A DNA stretch of 64,000 bases from Marsupella aquatica (lineage: Eukaryota > Plantae > Marchantiophyta), in assembly GCA_973895155.1 (NCBI GenBank), contig OZ316892.1, positions 16,978,357 through 17,042,356 of the forward strand, read 5' to 3'. Position 1 is the stretch's first letter, and the number at the start of each line of letters is the position of its first letter. A program made the translations under genes and the position numbers. The notes below the pieces were generated by a model. It was not told the origin of the DNA and did no database searches. It was given only the letters and a program-made list of their open reading frames with translations. This document shows, piece by piece, positions 58,387 to 64,000 of the stretch.

Positions 58387-60419
58387 TAAGAGGGCTCAAG
58401 ACAAACAAGAATGAATGAAAATGAAGGAGTGGGCATCTCAAAAGTAGATGGCAGTGGGACTCTTCCACAGTTATAGACCACTGCTACGGTAATTTTGAAA
58501 CAGGCAGGGCACTTCTGGAGGTCTTTTGTAGCTTTCTGCTGGAACTGTCAGCAGACCGCAAGGATTACCATTCCCCAAGGTGACCACAACGGAACCTACC
58601 CTAGTTGGTACTCACATTGGAGCTTTGTCTTCAACTGAGCACATTGTTGTCGAGCGTCAAGCTCATTGTCTTTGAGCTGTGTAGATTGTCATCAAGCTTG
58701 ATGCAAACTTGCAAGTGTCCACAGCCAGGGAAGGTTTCTCTTTGCAGATGGTTCACATGGATCCCAGCAGAGGTGACAACTGACTTATCAATGTGGATGC
58801 AGCTTGAGATGTATTTCTTGATCAGGTCTGGCATTGAATGACTTCTGAAGCTTTGTGTCTCGTGTGAATTTGAATCTCCTACTAGACTCCAGATTCATTC
58901 ACTGTCTCCATTGGAGTGAATGAATGACCTCCTTTAAAAAAGTAAAAGCTCTAAAAGTTGTATGAACTAATAGCTACTATGAGGGCATTCATGTCCAAGA
59001 GCAGTGGACAGAAAATTTTGGTTTGTCCAGTTAAAACATCTCAGGTTTCAGATAAAAAAGGTTTAACATTTGTGAAGTGGAAACTGGAATGGAACCTGAA
59101 ATTGACATTCAAATGACTAGCTTTAAGTTCAATGAAGATGACCTGTTTTGGGATTTGATGACCTGTGAATATGACCCTTTGGAGCTGGAAGGTCATCCAA
59201 GTGAAGTGCTTGAAGTACGTTTTGTTGCTTGAGGGTCACAAGTGCACTGCTTGGAAAATACTTTGTTATGCACCACTCAGTGGTATTTTGTGCTAAGTGG
59301 ACAACAATGGACTTTTGCAAAAGTTTCTGTGATGGCCTGGGACCTAGACCGAGGCTATGTAGGCAGATGGTTCGCATGGACAAATTATCGTTCTTGGTCT
59401 TGGGACTAGATCTACTAGCGCATAATGACAATGGTGCATGTCTCCATAACAGTCACTTATTAAGTGCATCGATATAGCCAGAGGTGGGATAATCAAGCGC
59501 CAATTGAATGGAAGTTAGCTGTCACCTTAGATGGACTACACACTGGGGCATGGTGACAATGGTGCATGTCTCCGTCAACGGTCGCTGATCGAGTGCATCA
59601 ATCGAGCCAGAGATGCCCATAAAATACATAATAGTCCTCACAATCGGGATGCCCTGAAGAGGATCGGCATCAAAATCTTCCAACAAGCGAAAAGTACAAA
59701 AAAGGGGTGGGGAGGTCGGAATTGCATACAAGAATATTCATGTTCAGCGTGTGCAGGAACGTTCTTCATTACAATGCATTCCCAAAACGAAAGATAGGGC
59801 GCACTTAAACATCCAAATCAACAAGAGCAGCTTGCTGAGTGTCTTTCAATCTGAAAATTGTGTTACATGCAATTCCCTAGGGCCACACTAGATATGATTC
59901 TTCAAAAAAGAATCTGGCTAGATAAAGCCTTGCTAGTCAGGTCAAGCCCATTCTATTCTATGTAGGACTACAAAGGAGATCATGGAGTAACTAAGACTAG
60001 TACAAGGTGAGTGCCTCGGATGCCTCCCATCGACCACAATCCTTGTTCACTCAATCATAACAGGTGTCACGCTGCAGTGCCAGGCCCATCTGACATAAAT
60101 TCCAAGGCACCAATATTCTTACCTAACAGTGCCTGGGAAAAAATTAGAACTAATGAGAGTACAAGCTTCGCTCTCGGAGGGGGAATGGTAAATCAGTTTC
60201 CAACCCTTACGAAGTAGCTAGTGCGTGCGCTCCAATGGACGGAGAGCTACAGGATGGGCAATGGTAATCAATTTCCTACCCGTAATTAGCCAGTGCATAC
60301 TCTGATGGAAGAGACAGCCATACAACACTAGTGAACGCCGACACGACCTGAGGATCACTTGGTCTCGAAAAAAAATTAGAACTTTCTAAATCCAACGCAT
60401 TTGGTGCTGACCCTCCAGG

Positions 60420-63400
60420 TTAGGACTTAATGTCATCGTCTCCCACAGACTGATCATAATCACTGCGCCAAAAGTTGACATCGTTGAAAGTTGGGTTTCC
60501 AGCCGCTTCCTTCTCCTTGGGGTCAACCTCAGTCTCCACACTGTCAGGCTCCTTCAGAACGTCAGGTATGATAGGTCCTGCTTCTCCCACAATACCTTCC
60601 TTGAGAGCTTTCTCCATTGCCATTGCTGTGCCTTCAGGTTCCACCCCAATCACTGGTGCACCCCCAAACAATGGAACCATCATCGGTTCCACACTTGCAT
60701 CAATATGATTTTCTATAGGCACTAAAGAAGCCTCTGGCGTTGAGTCGAGGCTCGGTTCATCCCCAACTTCAAAATGTGCAGTACGCTCTGACGAAGACTC
60801 AGGATCAGCTACGGACTCATCCGCTTTCTCCACATCGACTTCAGATGGAACAGTCTCTCCAGGAGAAACGCGCCCCGAAGTTCCTTCTAAGTCTCCATGC
60901 TCCTGTAATCCTTCCCAGTCCACCGATTTTGAAGCAAAAAGATCTACATTCCTTTCGGCGGGGTTGAATAAAAATAGATTATCTGAAAGTCCAAGCTTTT
61001 CAAGCTCCGTAGATATATCTTCTACTGAAGTATTCGTAGAATCCCTGGAACTAACACCATTGTATCCAGGTCCTTTGTCAAATCGTTGTTCAAATCCAGG
61101 GTCGCCAGGAGCGGCAGCATTTGGAGAAGTTGCAGTATCTGCTAGATCCTCATCTTCTCCTACAACCACCTCATCATCACTGCTGCTCCCACCACTGCTA
61201 TGTGGTGGTGACACGACATTGGTCACTTGCTCGTCTTCCACTCTCTGAGATGGTGGAGATATGAGGAAAGAGGGTAAGGGTTGCTTGGACCGGCTTTCAT
61301 CCTGGAAAGCAAACCAACTCTTGTTGCCATACATGCTGTCCTTGGTATTCCTGTGCGAAAATATTTTATTAGAAATCTAATCACACTTGCAATCATAGAT
61401 AAAAAAAAAACGAGAGATCACAGTCCACAATTGTCACTCGCATGTCGTCCGATGAATAGGAGGTCTTATAGGGCACCACTAAAGTATCCTGTGGCATACA
61501 GTACTCAAGTTGGCAACCTTCAGGACCGGTTTAGTGGAGGAACCCGGTATTCAGCTAATCCTTGTCTTTCTTCAATGCCTCGTATCAGCAACGTTGACTA
61601 AGTCCGTTAAATGAATCAGAGTCTAAAGAAAGCATCATCGATACTCTGACAACCATTAAATAGAATTGGTTACAAGTTCTGTAAATCCTCCGTACCTGTC
61701 CTGCTCATCACCTAGTCGCAACGAAGATATTACTACTTCTGCTGACTCGTCATCAAAATAAACATCCTAAGAGTACACAACAACAAAATAGGGTCAGGGT
61801 CAGAGGCTATCCACTCTGTCTACACAATTTACTTTAGACTTCTACTTCAGTCTACACAGTCTACTTGCACCAAAAAGAAGAACCGCTCATTTCAAGGTAA
61901 AACCCGCCTACAACTGCCTCACTCGTGCTGTCTTCTCCGAAAAAACAAAATCCCCCATAAGCCTCAAAGCAAAGCAACTCTCATCTTCAAAATGAACTTC
62001 ATGACCGCCATAAATTGCACAGAATTCTAAACACAGGGGAACTTGTACCTCTTCGTCTCGCTCTAGTGATCCATGACCCTGGCAAGGACGTCATAGAAGT
62101 GTTAAACTCAGAAATACGTAGATCAGAAGAAGTCAGACAGCCACCATTGCTAATGATACTTCACGACCCACTGCTTGAGTTAACCATCACGGAAGGCACC
62201 AAGCCAAACCATCTTCCAGTGAGCTAACGGCATATAACATACAAGGCAAGATGTTCATACAAAAACTGTAGGTATGTGAGTGCAGTGCTGTGACAGAACT
62301 AATTGACCGTTTGTAATTTAATGAATCTTGGGATCTTGGGATCAATGATATTACCTCTTCCACATCCTCATTGTCAAACATGCCATAGCGATAAACTTCT
62401 CTAGTTATGCTGCCTGCCATTGTCGATATGTCATAATCTTTATCACGGAAGTCGTCCTCGTCACTATCCACAGGACGTTCCTGAACAGCGGTTGGACGCC
62501 TGAAGAGACCCATATCGGGACGAGAGCCCACCAGAAATATGGTCAATCAAACAGGAGATAAATTTCACGATTAAAAACAATACCGGGCTTTGATTTGACT
62601 GTTAATGGAGAATGAAAAATGCTGCATATGTTCAATAGTACACCTTCCTCCAGATCACACAGCATTTATATTTTCTTGAAAGGTATACTAGCCTCCGGAT
62701 GACAAAACATTAATCGATACTCGGCAGATGAATTCGAATTTCATTTCATGTCAAACGTACTTACCCGCATGTCCACTGGAAAACATTCTCCAATCTATTG
62801 CGATTCTCAAGAACCGTTGTCTGCCACTCACTCCATCTGGGGTCGGCCTGAAGATGATTCCAAGATGCAATGATGACTCTAATCAGAAAGGAATGATAAG
62901 TAAATCTCCAAGAGCTACAGAATTCTTTACTGTGCCATGACAGCCAAGACCTACAGAGTTGAACGAGGTGTGTTTCTTAAATCCACAAACCTGAAGGTGG
63001 GTTTGAATCAAAGGATTGCTCGAATGAACAAATTTGTTCGCAATCCTCGTTAAGTGCCCCATGTTTCCTATTCTTGGAGGACTCTTGTTGGTAGCCGCCC
63101 TTGGCTACAAATACAACCAAGCCGTCATAAACTGTCAGAATCGTAGCCAACATAAAGCGCAAGGACATCATCCCGAACAAACTCTTAGCCACCACCATCA
63201 TCAAAAACTCTGCGTCTGTGAAGCACACTGCTCATAGTCGGCTTTTAGGCAACTCCAGCGATGCACATTATCTTTGACCGTGTCCGCAAACAAAAGAAAA
63301 GGACCAGCCTACCAAGACTCAACTTTTTGTAAAAAAAATGGTTTTTTACTTTTTACCGCTTCGAATGCCCTATGGGTGGACTCAGAGCTTGTGTCCAAGC

Positions 63401-64000
63401 ATAAAAGTTGGGATTTATATACAGTTACTAGAATGAATCCTAAAGTCCAGAAGTCATAGATTATGTCTCGACGACGTGAAACTATTGCCACCACCAACAA
63501 AAATCTGCTCAAGAAGCTCATGAAGACAATAGTTGCCACCTTCCTAATCAAATAAGAAACACATTCTAAAACCACGTCGAAAAGGTAAGTTTATGAACCT
63601 CTGGACGAGTGTCAGGTGCATAAGGGTTGTCATCTGCAGCAAGAATTCTTGTAATGAAATCACAGTCTTTAAAAAGGTGATCAATGAGAGCTGGGCTGTT
63701 GCTCTCTAGACAAGAGCTAATGATACTTTCCACGTGATGATGTAACATATTGTTGAACGGGTAACTGCATCCACAGACCAACATAAACATATAATGTTCG
63801 TCCGTTATGAAGACTTGAAAGGGAAACAATAATGAGTGGAATCAGGCGATAAATGGCTCAAGAGCAAGAGAAGCCAGGCGAATCCAATCACGACCGAGAG
63901 GTTTATTAAGAGCATTGCTGACTTTTGAAACATTATAGTTCTGTGATCAGCATGTTTGAAAACAAACAAGATTGATGCTTACTTGAAGAAGAGGTTCAGT
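60420..64000 (-). CDS. SIT4-associated (SAPS)/PP6 regulatory subunit, 3' part; exons >64000-63983, 63764-63599, 63104-62991, 62847-62765, 62499-62355, 62078-62049, 61766-61696, 61350-60420
   Basis: LFFNYPFNNMLHHHVE, PRIGNMGHLTRIAN, ENVFQWTCGRP, DSDEDDFRDKDYD, DVYFDDESAEVVISSLRLGD, FNDVNFWR; GT-AG junctions are in phase. Confidence 0.93.

Overview
Eukaryotic plant nuclear DNA: GT-AG introns, plant-type RPL5, PLAC8 and SAPS genes, and plant tRNA primer sites. A bryophyte/liverwort source is only an inference. Bases ~1-28.7 kb are a nested transposon pile. Its host is an intron-containing DDE transposase that looks like Kolobok, with a convergent KolX/P2X7-ballast-like ORF and a TTAA-flanked end. 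It is interrupted by a young full-length Ty1/copia (5539-11345) and a Ty3/gypsy (11955-22372), and followed by an L1 3' fragment and a second, decayed Kolobok-like copy. The gypsy has 2.1-kb LTRs that each carry a ~320-aa ORF with signs of purifying selection, plus a -1 frameshift signal (GGAUUUU and a perfect 10-bp stem). The copia separates gag and pol with one in-frame TGA that a 45-nt GT-AG micro-intron would remove. Bases ~29-64 kb are genic: RPL5, a PLAC8-family gene, a putative spliced non-coding host with two C/D snoRNAs, an intronless NOMO-like gene and the 3' half of a SAPS/PP6-regulatory gene, with MITEs and tandem repeats between them. All coordinates and alignments were worked out by eye; no database searches were run.
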